A stretch of DNA of 64,000 nucleotides from a virus, in IMG/VR virus record IMGVR_UViG_3300008113_000108, positions 1 to 64,000 of that record; one strand, written 5' to 3'. Position numbers and translations under genes: made by a program. The notes beneath the pieces are model-generated. The model was given only the letters and a program-made list of their open reading frames with translations. It made no database searches and was not told the DNA's origin. Below, in pieces: positions 18,669 to 28,924 of this stretch; position 1 is the stretch's first letter; each line of letters starts with the position of its first letter.

Positions 18669-21600
18669 ATGCAAGATACAAATCTTAATTTGCAGCCATA
18701 TTTTGACGATTTTGAGTCCTCTAAAAATTTTTATAGGGTTCTGTTTAAGCCTAACTATCCTGTTCAAGCCAGGGAGCTTACTACACTACAATCAATCCTT
18801 CAAAGTCAAATTGAAAAGTTTGGAAAGCATGTATTCAAGGAAGGTTCTGTCGTTATTCCAGGGCAGATTGGATATGATCTTCAATATAATGCAGTTCTAG
18901 TTCAGAATACTGTAAACGGAGTTTCTTTTGAAACTCTCAGAAAAAATTTACATGATAAAATTTTAGTAGGTGAAAGTTCAGGTGTAAAGGCTAAAGTTTT
19001 AAACAGTATTAGCTCTACTGAATCTGAAAAATCTACTGCAACTCTATACGTAAAATATGTTTCATCTGGTAATGTAGTTAATGGAGTTCAGCTAACTAAA
19101 TTTACAAATGGTGAAACTCTTAGAGATGAAAATAACAATCCAGTAGCAGTCACTACTACTCAAAATGCATCTTCATTTGTGGGTAGTGCTGCATATATCA
19201 CTTCTGGAGTTTTCTTTATTCGTGGATTCTTTGTAGAGGTTCCTACTCAAAATATTATTCTAGACCAATATAGCAATTTCTCCACATATAAAATTGGTTT
19301 ATCAGTAGTAGAATCTATTGTAACCACCGATGAGGATAATTCACTATATGATAATGCTGTCGGTTCTCCAAACTTTACAGCTCCAGGAGCCGATAGATTA
19401 AAAATTGAAGCCATTTTAAGCAAACAAGATATTGATTTCCCAACAGACCCATCTTTCATTGAACTACTTCGACTACAAGATGGTAATCTAATTAAATTAG
19501 TTGAAAATTCACTTTATAATGAACTAGAAAAAAATCTAGCAAGAAGAACCTTTGACGAATCTGGAAACTATACTGTAAACAATTATACAGTAAATATTAG
19601 AGAAACATTTAATGATGGCGAAAATGAAGGAGTATATTCATTTAATGATGTTCTATTAGACGGAACTAAAGTATTAAATAGAACTCCAACTTCTACTGAT
19701 GGCAAAGCAATTGACGGTAGAAATTACTACACTGTAGAATTATCTCCTATCAAAGCTTATGTAAAAGGCTTTGAAGTTAACAATACAGATAAAAAATATA
19801 TTACTACAGAAAAACCAAGAAAGTCATTAGCACTTAACAATCAAGGTTTAGTATCAGCATTTGGCAATTATATTGAAATTGATACATCCACAGTTCAAGG
19901 ATCAATTGTTCCTGGGACTACAGTTACTTTAAAGAAAACAATTAACTCTGTAGAGACTTCTATTGGTAAAGCTCTAGCTTTATCCCTAATTGTTGGTGGA
20001 AAATTATATCTTGCTGATATAACGATGTTTACTACCATTGTTACATCAGAAGCTTCTCCTGCAGTAGCAGCAGGAGATTTTGTTTTTACTAATACTGGAT
20101 CAAGTGCAGTAGTAGAATCCGTAAATGGAACTACTATTGTATTGAGACAAGTAACTGGTAGCATTTCTCAAGGCTCTACATTTACAAATAGCAAAAATAC
20201 TTCAACCTATACAATTTCTTCTGTTGACAACAATAAGATTGAAAATATTACAAATCTCAGCACTTCCAATTTTAGTGCTACAGTTAAACTTGAAGCTGTA
20301 TCCGTTTCTGGTTCTACATTTAATGTAACTGGAACTTCATTGACTGGAGTAGGAACTAATTTTGCTTCAGAAGTACAAGTTCCTATGAAACTTCAAATTG
20401 GAACTTCTATTGTAACCGTTACCAATGTAACTTCAAGCACTATTACTTTTAGTGGCACTCTAACCAATGGCACATATTATAACATTAAAAAATTAGTACC
20501 AAAGGTAAAAACTACAGGCTCCAATTTCTTCACTAAAATTTCTAATACTTCTGTAAAATCATCTACAGATTTTACTTACTACAAAACTGTAACTGAAGTA
20601 AAGACCGTAACTAATGCTCTAGCTACTATCTCTACAACTTCAAATTTTACTATTTCTCCAAGTGATATCATTGTTACTAATAACAGTGGCGAAGTTCAAT
20701 TCTCTGCAACTTCAACATCTGCAACATCTGTAAATATTTCAGTAAATGCTGCTTTAAATGGCACTTCTATAAATATCACTTACAAAGTAAGAGTAAATAA
20801 TCCATCTCTCAGAACAAAATCTGCAAGTAAATTTAATTTCTTGCTTGTAGATAAAGTTAAAAATTCTACTAATACAATTTATGGAACCAGAATTTCTGAT
20901 AGAGATGTCTCACTAAAATTCCCAGATGTTTATAGAATTCACGCTGTTCGTGAGGCGTTAAATTCTAATGCATCAAATGAAGATCTTTTTGATAGAGTTT
21001 CTGTAAATGATTCCACAGGATTAACTGCTGGGGATATTATTACGTATCAAAATATTAGTGCTAAAATTGTTTCTATTAATGGCAATACTTTATACGTAAT
21101 TTATACCTCTGCAACTAAATTGCAGCCTGGAACAAACTTAACTTTATCCGTAGACGTTACTTCTGCAGCTCCAGTTGTAGGTAAGTTTATTACCTCAGTC
21201 ACAAACGGAAATTATAGAGATATTACTGCAGATTTTGTTTTGAATAAAAATGATTCTGCAGAGTTTTACAATATTTCTAAGCTGACCAGACTACAGAATA
21301 GCCCATCTCCACAGAATAAATTTATTGTACTATTTGATTATTTCATTCACAATAATACAAATAATGATTTCTATTCAACAAATTCATATGATGTTACTCA
21401 AATTGAATATTCACAAATTCCACTATGCTTTGATGGCACTCCTTACACAGACATCGTAGATTTTAGATATGAAACTGTTCCTTCAACTGGATCTGGTGGC
21501 TCATTAATTACACCATATCAAGAATCTATTTCTGCATTTGACTCTCTTGGACTATCAAGAATAATTCCAAATTTTGCATTCCCAGGAGAAATTATTAGCC

Positions 21601-24600
21601 TAGATTATGACTATTATCTAGGAAGAATTGATAAAATTTTCTTAGACGAAAATGGAAACGTAATAGTATCTAAAGGTTCCGAGTCTCTAACTCCAAAAGA
21701 CCCAGAGGATATTCCTAATGCATTACATTTAGGAACACTAACTATTCCTCCATATATGAAGTCAGTTGCAGATGCAACTCTAAGATTGGTTGAATCTAAG
21801 CGTTATACTATGAGAGATATCGGTTCAATTGACAGAAGATTGCAAACTGTTGAAGAACTCACTTCACTAAATCTTCTTGAAATTGGAACCAATAGTCTTA
21901 CTATTGTAGATGAGGATGGCAATAATAGATTCAAAACTGGTTTTGTAGCAGACAATTTCAAGACTACTGATTTAGCAGATTTGAATAATGTTGCTTATAC
22001 CGCATCTATTGATACTGAAAATGCTTTACTACGTCCATATCCTTATGTTACCAACGTTGAATTAAAGCCAGTTTCTACTGGAACTACAACAAAACAAACT
22101 GGAACTTTAGTAACAGTTCCATATACAGAAATTCCATTTATTACTCAAAGTTATGCAAGTAGAGTAGAAAATTTACAGCCATTTGAAATTATCCAGTGGT
22201 ATGGAGATCTTCAACTTGATCCTGAAAAGGATGTGTGGTTTGATACTATTAGAACACAAGGACAGGCTCAGAGAATTGACCTAAGCGAGCCAATTAGATT
22301 CCTATTTGATAATAGTAGTGCTAGAGGAGAGCAGTGGGGAGCATGGACCAACACTGGAGCTGCTAGAACTGGTGGTGGTACAAATGTATTCCAAGAAAGA
22401 ACTGGTGTTAATAATACCTTCTCTACATTAACACAGGATATTCAGGTAGGAGATTCAATCAATTCTATTACAGCTTCAGAATTTGTAAGATCTAGAATTG
22501 TTGAATTAGTCTCAACAAAATTAAAACCAAATACAGTATTCCACTTCTTTGTCGATGACAATTTAAACAATTCTATCATCTTCCCAAAAGAAATTACTGG
22601 GATGACATCTAGAAATGGAGCGTTTGTCACTGGCGAAGTAGTAGAATTATATAATATTCCACCTAGCGGAACTTCTACTCTTGCAATTCCACCAATTAAT
22701 CCTGTAAGAGCTACAGTTGTTACTTCTACTCTTGGATCATATACTGCAGTTACCACTTTCCTTAAAATTGATAATATTACAACTAGAGATGGTTCTGAAC
22801 TAAGTCCAGATAGACTTGGAGATACAGTTCAAATCAGAGGGTTAACTTCTGGAGCTACTGGAACAATAACATTTAATGGAGCTAGAGTTAAATCAGATTC
22901 AAGAGGAACAGTTGATGCTTTTGTAATTATTCCACCAAACACATATAGGACTGGAGAAGCTATCTTCAAACTTTGTGATCAAATAACTGGAACATCCATT
23001 TATGGCATTTCAGATTCTAGTTCCCAAGCTACATACGATACTATGGGAACTAGAGTATCTCTGACAAGCAACGTAGTATCTCTCACAACTCCACAAATTA
23101 CCTCAACTCCAATTAGAGGAACCAGAACTGTATTCATTCCAGATCCACCACCACCTCCACCAGCAGGGGGCGGAGATCCTCTAGCACAATCATTCTTGGT
23201 TGATATTGAAGGTGGAATGTATATAACTTCCATCGACTTATATTTCCAAACAAAGGATGAAACTCTTCCAGTTTCTATCGAGATTAGAACCATGGAAAAT
23301 GGTACTCTAACTAGTACTATTGTTCCAAATGGAATTACTACTGTTCAAGCTGCAGACATTAAAATTTCAAATAATGGCTCAGTTGCAACTAAATTTACTT
23401 TCCCATCTCCAGTATACCTAAACCAGAATACAGAATATGCATTCATGGTAAGAAGCGTATCCAAGAACTATAAAGTATGGATCTCAAGATTGTCTGAGGT
23501 AGATGTACTTGGAGGATTTATTATTGACAAGCAGCCATATTCTGGCTCACTCTATAAGTCTCAAAACATGTCTGTCTGGACTCCAGATCAATTTGAAGAC
23601 ATGAAGTTTGTTCTGAATAGAGCAAAATTTGCTACTGGAGCAACTTATACTTGCAAGCTATCAAATAAGCCAGTTAATGATGCGTCATTACCTGCAAATG
23701 CACTTAAGTTTACTCAGTCATCTGGATCAATTGAAGTCTATCATCCAAATCATGGCATGAATAGCATTCAAAATTATGTTAAAATTTCATCAGTGCTCTC
23801 AAATGCACCTCTAACCACGTTAAATACTGCGATTACAACTGCCACTCAAACAGGACCACTCACAGTAGGAAATGCATCTGATGCTACTTGGACTACAATC
23901 GGAGAGGCTGCAGTTTCATCTACAAATCCAGGATTCATTTTAGTCAACAACGAAATTATCAAGTATACTGGAATTTCTGGAAACACCATTACAGTTCCTG
24001 CAGATGGAAGAGGTCAATTTGGAACAACTGCTGCGGTTCATGCAGCAGGTGCTACATTATACTGCTATTCCATCAATGGAATTCCACTATCAGAAATCAA
24101 TAAAACTCACAAAATTACTGAATTAATTGACTTGGACAGATACAAAATTAGTGCTGGCGTAAATGCTAACTCAAGTACTGTTGCTGGAGGTTCTAACATA
24201 AAAGCATCCAGAAACATTCAATTTGAAGAACTATATCCAAACCTAAATATTCTTTCTATTCCATCTACTAGTGTTTCTGTTGGATTTGAAAGTATCACTG
24301 GAAATAGTCCATATCAAACAGGATCCTCATTTGCAAGCATTGCTGAACAGCCTGTTCAAAACAGACAATACAATGAACTAACTACAACTAGATTAGTTGC
24401 GTCTCCAACAAACTCAAATCAATACTTTAGCTCAACCGAAGCTTCAACTCTAACATTTAATATCAATCTTTCAACTGAAAAGGATAATATTAGCCCTGCG
24501 ATTGATGTTGCTGGCTCATCTGCTATTGCAATATCAAACAGAATTATTCGCAAAGTATTAAATAATGCGGTAGATATTTCTGCAGAACTCACACCTTCAT

Positions 24601-24962
24601 CAGGAATATATTCATCATACATAACCAAAAAAGTTACACTTCAAAATACTTCAACTTCAGTAAAAGTTCTTCTAGATGGTATCCGAGCACAGGGACTAAA
24701 CGGAGAATACTCCGACATTAAAGTATTTGTAAAGATCTACAGTGAAGGAAATCTAGGAGTATTTGATTCCATGAATTATATTGAAGTTCCTGCAGTTTCA
24801 TACCCAAGATCAACAAATTCTAAAGAATACAAGGCATTTGATTTTGAATTGAAGAACCTACCAGAGTTTAAAGAATTTGCAGTTAAAATCTGCATGGTTA
24901 GCGGAGATCAAACTAACATTCCTAAGATTAGAAACTTTAGAGCTATTGCACTTGCTGTATAA
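18669..24962 (+). CDS. Large virion structural protein (VrlC/DUF4815-like)
   Basis: PYFDDF..YRVLFKP..PVQARELTTLQS, APGADRLK, LARRTFDESGNY, DPLAQSF motifs; TAAATA at 18627. Confidence 0.85.
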   Translation: MQDTNLNLQPYFDDFESSKNFYRVLFKPNYPVQARELTTLQSILQSQIEKFGKHVFKEGSVVIPGQIGYDLQYNAVLVQNTVNGVSFETLRKNLHDKILVGESSGVKAKVLNSISSTESEKSTATLYVKYVSSGNVVNGVQLTKFTNGETLRDENNNPVAVTTTQNASSFVGSAAYITSGVFFIRGFFVEVPTQNIILDQYSNFSTYKIGLSVVESIVTTDEDNSLYDNAVGSPNFTAPGADRLKIEAILSKQDIDFPTDPSFIELLRLQDGNLIKLVENSLYNELEKNLARRTFDESGNYTVNNYTVNIRETFNDGENEGVYSFNDVLLDGTKVLNRTPTSTDGKAIDGRNYYTVELSPIKAYVKGFEVNNTDKKYITTEKPRKSLALNNQGLVSAFGNYIEIDTSTVQGSIVPGTTVTLKKTINSVETSIGKALALSLIVGGKLYLADITMFTTIVTSEASPAVAAGDFVFTNTGSSAVVESVNGTTIVLRQVTGSISQGSTFTNSKNTSTYTISSVDNNKIENITNLSTSNFSATVKLEAVSVSGSTFNVTGTSLTGVGTNFASEVQVPMKLQIGTSIVTVTNVTSSTITFSGTLTNGTYYNIKKLVPKVKTTGSNFFTKISNTSVKSSTDFTYYKTVTEVKTVTNALATISTTSNFTISPSDIIVTNNSGEVQFSATSTSATSVNISVNAALNGTSINITYKVRVNNPSLRTKSASKFNFLLVDKVKNSTNTIYGTRISDRDVSLKFPDVYRIHAVREALNSNASNEDLFDRVSVNDSTGLTAGDIITYQNISAKIVSINGNTLYVIYTSATKLQPGTNLTLSVDVTSAAPVVGKFITSVTNGNYRDITADFVLNKNDSAEFYNISKLTRLQNSPSPQNKFIVLFDYFIHNNTNNDFYSTNSYDVTQIEYSQIPLCFDGTPYTDIVDFRYETVPSTGSGGSLITPYQESISAFDSLGLSRIIPNFAFPGEIISLDYDYYLGRIDKIFLDENGNVIVSKGSESLTPKDPEDIPNALHLGTLTIPPYMKSVADATLRLVESKRYTMRDIGSIDRRLQTVEELTSLNLLEIGTNSLTIVDEDGNNRFKTGFVADNFKTTDLADLNNVAYTASIDTENALLRPYPYVTNVELKPVSTGTTTKQTGTLVTVPYTEIPFITQSYASRVENLQPFEIIQWYGDLQLDPEKDVWFDTIRTQGQAQRIDLSEPIRFLFDNSSARGEQWGAWTNTGAARTGGGTNVFQERTGVNNTFSTLTQDIQVGDSINSITASEFVRSRIVELVSTKLKPNTVFHFFVDDNLNNSIIFPKEITGMTSRNGAFVTGEVVELYNIPPSGTSTLAIPPINPVRATVVTSTLGSYTAVTTFLKIDNITTRDGSELSPDRLGDTVQIRGLTSGATGTITFNGARVKSDSRGTVDAFVIIPPNTYRTGEAIFKLCDQITGTSIYGISDSSSQATYDTMGTRVSLTSNVVSLTTPQITSTPIRGTRTVFIPDPPPPPPAGGGDPLAQSFLVDIEGGMYITSIDLYFQTKDETLPVSIEIRTMENGTLTSTIVPNGITTVQAADIKISNNGSVATKFTFPSPVYLNQNTEYAFMVRSVSKNYKVWISRLSEVDVLGGFIIDKQPYSGSLYKSQNMSVWTPDQFEDMKFVLNRAKFATGATYTCKLSNKPVNDASLPANALKFTQSSGSIEVYHPNHGMNSIQNYVKISSVLSNAPLTTLNTAITTATQTGPLTVGNASDATWTTIGEAAVSSTNPGFILVNNEIIKYTGISGNTITVPADGRGQFGTTAAVHAAGATLYCYSINGIPLSEINKTHKITELIDLDRYKISAGVNANSSTVAGGSNIKASRNIQFEELYPNLNILSIPSTSVSVGFESITGNSPYQTGSSFASIAEQPVQNRQYNELTTTRLVASPTNSNQYFSSTEASTLTFNINLSTEKDNISPAIDVAGSSAIAISNRIIRKVLNNAVDISAELTPSSGIYSSYITKKVTLQNTSTSVKVLLDGIRAQGLNGEYSDIKVFVKIYSEGNLGVFDSMNYIEVPAVSYPRSTNSKEYKAFDFELKNLPEFKEFAVKICMVSGDQTNIPKIRNFRAIALAV

Positions 24963-24963
24963 T

Positions 24964-25197
24964 ATGGATAAACTAATGGTTGATGGGCACCCAGGTCTTT
25001 ATAGAGATATGAAAAGTGGTGCCATTGTAAATGATAACTCTTATGAGTATGAGTCTTATATGAAACAGTATCAAGCAAGACAACATAAATCATATAGAGT
25101 AGATAAAATTGAAGAAGATTTGAATAATCTCAAATCAGAAATTGGTGAAATTAAATCTTTGCTTTTACAATTAAATGGACGAATTACCTCTGGCTAA
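24964..25197 (+). CDS. Hypothetical coiled-coil protein
   Basis: ATG 24964 directly after upstream stop: MDKLMVDGHPGLYRDMKSGAIVN...LKSEIGEIKSLL. Confidence 0.8.
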   Translation: MDKLMVDGHPGLYRDMKSGAIVNDNSYEYESYMKQYQARQHKSYRVDKIEEDLNNLKSEIGEIKSLLLQLNGRITSG

Positions 25198-25333
25198 GCA
25201 GTTTGCGCTTCAAAAAATTTATAATGACATCGACACATTGAATGAAGAGCAGGCTAAAAAGATAGCAAAAGACTTTGCTAGATTATATTATACTCATCAG
25301 CATGTTGCCATGAATATGCTTCTAAAAAAATAG
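25175..25333 (+). CDS. nblA: NblA-like phycobilisome degradation protein (52 aa)
   Basis: Manual translation MDELPLAKQFALQKIYNDIDTLNEEQAKKIAKDFARLYYTHQHVAMNMLLKK; resembles NblA L-S-L-E-Q-Q-F...M-S-x-E-Q-A pattern and size. Confidence 0.55.
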   Translation: MDELPLAKQFALQKIYNDIDTLNEEQAKKIAKDFARLYYTHQHVAMNMLLKK

Positions 25334-25341
25334 AAAGAAAA

Positions 25342-25370
25342 AGGTCTCCTTATAAATACTAGGGAGACCT
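25342..25370. terminator. Hairpin enclosing a TATAAATA late promoter
   Basis: AGGTCTCC...GGAGACCT stem, loop contains TATAAATA (25351-25358); A-run on 5' side. Confidence 0.55.
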
Positions 25371-25390
25371 CTCTATATAAATATTTTTAA

Positions 25391-25723
25391 ATGGCAGCTG
25401 TAAAAAATCTGTATATTGACCAGGGCTCTGATTTCAACGCTCAAATTACAATTTATGATGACAACAATGCTCCCTGGGATTTGACTGGATACACTGGTCA
25501 AGCTAAAATAAGGAAATCTTATTATAGCACAAATTATGTAAATTTTACAGTATCTTTTCCTGTTATCAGAACTACTGGAACTGTTATTCTTGATTTAACT
25601 TCTGCACAAACTTCTTTATTAGAACAAGGCAGATACTTATATGATGTAGTACTTACCAATTCTTCTGGTAAAAAAACTAGAGTTATAGAGGGAATTGTTA
25701 CTATCAATCCTGGAGTAACATGA
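25391..25723 (+). CDS. Virion-associated protein (tail/fibre attachment-like)
   Basis: NLYIDQGSDF, DLTGYT, GRYLYDV, RVIEGIVTINPGVT. Confidence 0.75.
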   Translation: MAAVKNLYIDQGSDFNAQITIYDDNNAPWDLTGYTGQAKIRKSYYSTNYVNFTVSFPVIRTTGTVILDLTSAQTSLLEQGRYLYDVVLTNSSGKKTRVIEGIVTINPGVT

Positions 25724-25926
25724 AAACAAAAGTAACGGTTTCAAATCAGCCACAAGTAATAACTGTTGCACAAAATGCAGCACAAAAAATATCTTCGTTA
25801 AGTGATGTTGATGCTTTAAACGCACAACACGGAGCCCTTTTACAATATGATGCCACTGTTGGGGCTTGGGTTGCTTCTAATATTATAGAACGTAATGGTC
25901 TAACCATTAATTGCGGTAACTACTAA
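25720..25926 (+). CDS. Small fibre-associated hypothetical protein
   Basis: LSDVD..GALLQYD..W motif; ATGA coupling. Confidence 0.7.
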   Translation: MKTKVTVSNQPQVITVAQNAAQKISSLSDVDALNAQHGALLQYDATVGAWVASNIIERNGLTINCGNY

Positions 25927-25944
25927 ACCATCAGGGAAACAGAA

Positions 25945-28689
25945 ATGGCAACTATCATTAAAATTAAAAGATCCTCTGGAACTGGACAACCAAACCTTGG
26001 ACAAGGTGAATTAGGTTATTCCTGGGGTACAGCGACCTATACCGATGCTCAGAGTGCTACGGTAACATCTTATGGTAAGATGTACCTAGGCACTGGCACT
26101 GAGTCTGGAGGTATTGCAGCCAATATTGAAGTTATTGGCGGTAAATACTTCACTGACATGCTAGATCATGGGCATGGAACACTGACTGCCAACTCTGCAC
26201 TGATTGTAGACTCATCAAAGAGAATTAACGAGTTTTACGTTGATAATTTAGGATTTGATGGGAATACAATTTCCTCAACCAATACTGATGGAGATATTAA
26301 CCTAGATCCAAACGGTGCTGGAGAAGTAGTAATTCCAGATGATACTTATCTAACATTTGGAACCAGCAAAGATACAAAAATTAAATATGATGAAGCCACT
26401 GATGACCGTCTAGAGGTCACAGGTGCAGATTGGAACTTTGCGAATGGCGTTGCAATTAGCATTAGCGATAATACCCCATCATCTTCAACTACAACTGGTG
26501 CTCTAACAGTTGCGGGTGGTGTTGGTATTGGAGAAGATCTATATGTTGCAGGTTCTGCATATGTAGGATCACTTGCAGCTCCTTCAGACTTCACCATTTC
26601 TGGAGATCTAACTGTCCAGGGTGGAGATATCAATTTAACCCAAGTAGCTACAAATATTAATCTAAAAGATAATACTGTAGATGCTCTTGCAATCAAAGAA
26701 GGAACAAACGTTTATCTTGACATTACAACAACTGATAACGCTGAGAAAATTACTCTTGGTAATTCTCTAGCTTCTGTAGATGTTGTAGTTGAAGACAACG
26801 TTAGTGGGGCATTTATAGTAGCTCAAGGAGCAAATCAATATATTGCTGTTGATACAACTAACGAAGCAGAGCTACTAGTTTTAGGTAACTCAATAGCTGC
26901 AGTAAGAACAGTAGTTCAAGATGCAGATGCAAATGCATATTCTGTAAAAGAAGGTTCTAATTTTTACCTAAATGTTTCCACACTTGATGGTAATGAATCA
27001 ATAACTATTGGTAACAACATTGCATCTGTCAATCTAGATGTAGAAGATAACGCCGCAAATGCATTTAAGGTTGCTGAAGGAGCAACTAATTATATTAATG
27101 TTGCAACTACTGACAATGCAGAAGTTATCACTTTTGGTAACTCACTATCTACAATTAATAACGTAATTGAAGATAATACTGCTGCTGCATATACAATCAG
27201 CCAAGGTGCAAATACTTACTTTAAAGTAGATACTACTGATGCTAGTGAATTAATCACACTAAGCATCGGTAATGTTGTAATTGATAATGATCTACAAATT
27301 AAGGGTGGTGATCTAACAACTAATCAGACTACCTTTAATCTATTAAATGGTACTGCGACAACTGTAAACTTTGCGGGTGCTGCAACCACAATTGAAATTG
27401 GTGCCGCAACTGGTACTACCAATATTAATAATAACCTTGATGTTGACGGAGATGTTAACATTGACGGCGGAGACCTAACAGTTTCAACTTCAACCTTCAA
27501 TCTTGCTACTACAAATGCAACTACAGTAAATGCATTTACCTCTGCTACAACTCTAGAGCTTGGTGCTGCTACTGGAACAACTAACATCAACAATAACCTT
27601 GATGTTGATGGAGATGTCAATATTGATGGTGGGGATCTCACAGTATCCACTACAACCTTCAATCTTGCAAACACTAACGCAACCACCGTAAACTTTGCTG
27701 GTGCTGCTACTACTATTGAGATTGGTGCTGCTACAGGTACTACCAATATTAATAATAACTTAGATGTTGACGGAGATGTTAACATTGATGGTGGCGATCT
27801 AACTGTATCTACCACTACATTTAACTTAGCAAACACAAATGCAACTACAGTAAACGCATTTGGCGCTGCAACAACCATTAATTTCGGTACTGCTGCTACT
27901 ACAACAGATTTTGGTGATCTAAAAATTAATGGATCTACAATTTATGGAGACACCAATGGTCAAACTATTACCCTTGACCCTTATCCTGCTGGCGGAGATG
28001 CTGGTGGTGATGTCATTGTACGAGGCAACTTCAAGGTAACTGGTACAACTACTACTGTAAATTCTACAGTAATGACAGTTAATGATCCTATCTTCACTCT
28101 TGGAGATGCGATCAGTGAAAAAGTGTTGACTTCATCTGCTGCAAATGGAGCAACAACTTTAACTTTAGATAATACCACTGGTCTTAATACTGGTGATATT
28201 GTCAGTGGTAGTGCTAACATTCCTGCAAATACCACAATCACCGTAACTTCAGGAACTCAAGTTACTATTAGCAATGCTTTAACTGGCGGCATTTCATCTG
28301 GCACCGAATTAACTTTCACTCAAGGTGCTGATGATAATATGGACCGTGGTATCGAGTATAGATACTATCGTGATAGTCTAAAAACTGGCTTCTTTGGTTA
28401 TGACGAGTCTGGAATTAGTGAAGATGTAGTAACATACTATTTTACATACATTCCAGATGCTACTAATAGTGGAAACGTATTTAGTGGAACAAGAGGTAGT
28501 GCATACTTCAAGACTGTAAAGCTAGATGATGGTATTACAAATGGTATTCCATTCTTCGATGCATACAAGAGAATTACTACCACTGTTGCTGCAGGAACTG
28601 CAGACGCATCAACTTCAAACCAAATTCTAACTGTAAATGGTTCTGGAGTTCCAGTTTGGACCACAACTCTCGATGGAGGGACCTACTAA
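25945..28689 (+). CDS. Tail fibre-like protein
   Basis: IKIKRSS..P.L..GELGYS N-terminus, SSTTTGALTVAGGVGI, internal repeats, C-terminal LDGGTY. Confidence 0.8.
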   Translation: MATIIKIKRSSGTGQPNLGQGELGYSWGTATYTDAQSATVTSYGKMYLGTGTESGGIAANIEVIGGKYFTDMLDHGHGTLTANSALIVDSSKRINEFYVDNLGFDGNTISSTNTDGDINLDPNGAGEVVIPDDTYLTFGTSKDTKIKYDEATDDRLEVTGADWNFANGVAISISDNTPSSSTTTGALTVAGGVGIGEDLYVAGSAYVGSLAAPSDFTISGDLTVQGGDINLTQVATNINLKDNTVDALAIKEGTNVYLDITTTDNAEKITLGNSLASVDVVVEDNVSGAFIVAQGANQYIAVDTTNEAELLVLGNSIAAVRTVVQDADANAYSVKEGSNFYLNVSTLDGNESITIGNNIASVNLDVEDNAANAFKVAEGATNYINVATTDNAEVITFGNSLSTINNVIEDNTAAAYTISQGANTYFKVDTTDASELITLSIGNVVIDNDLQIKGGDLTTNQTTFNLLNGTATTVNFAGAATTIEIGAATGTTNINNNLDVDGDVNIDGGDLTVSTSTFNLATTNATTVNAFTSATTLELGAATGTTNINNNLDVDGDVNIDGGDLTVSTTTFNLANTNATTVNFAGAATTIEIGAATGTTNINNNLDVDGDVNIDGGDLTVSTTTFNLANTNATTVNAFGAATTINFGTAATTTDFGDLKINGSTIYGDTNGQTITLDPYPAGGDAGGDVIVRGNFKVTGTTTTVNSTVMTVNDPIFTLGDAISEKVLTSSAANGATTLTLDNTTGLNTGDIVSGSANIPANTTITVTSGTQVTISNALTGGISSGTELTFTQGADDNMDRGIEYRYYRDSLKTGFFGYDESGISEDVVTYYFTYIPDATNSGNVFSGTRGSAYFKTVKLDDGITNGIPFFDAYKRITTTVAAGTADASTSNQILTVNGSGVPVWTTTLDGGTY
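26665..27270 (+). repeat. About five 42-aa (126-bp) coding repeats
   Basis: (K/E/Q)D..A..V.EG.N.Y..V.TTD.AE.IT.GN units. Confidence 0.75.
27304..27900 (+). repeat. Three full plus one partial 54-aa (162-bp) coding repeats
   Basis: GGDLT..TFNL..ATTVN..GAATGTTNINNNLDVDGDVNID starting at 27304, 27466, 27628, 27790. Confidence 0.9.
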
Positions 28690-28708
28690 TCATTAATTGG
28701 AGAAAATT

Positions 28709-28924
28709 ATGAATCAAGATGAAATTAGCAATTTAATAGGTGTGATGCAAAAGAAAATCAATGAATTGACATCACAAAATATTATGTTTGAGGCTAAAAT
28801 AATTTACCTCAATAGTGTTATCACTAAAATGACTACAGAATCTTCAGTATCTGATGGAGGAGCTTTTGGCGAAGATTCTCCATCTATCCAAAAAGAAGCT
28901 TCCAAAACTAGAAGGTCAGCATAA
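28709..28924 (+). CDS. Hypothetical coiled-coil protein
   Basis: GGAGA SD then ATG 28709; overlaps gp13 start. Confidence 0.75.
   Translation: MNQDEISNLIGVMQKKINELTSQNIMFEAKIIYLNSVITKMTTESSVSDGGAFGEDSPSIQKEASKTRRSA

Noticed and set aside
27304-27900. Fibre repeats as DGR template/variable repeats
   Set aside because: Differences are mostly synonymous rather than adenine-specific; no reverse transcriptase seen
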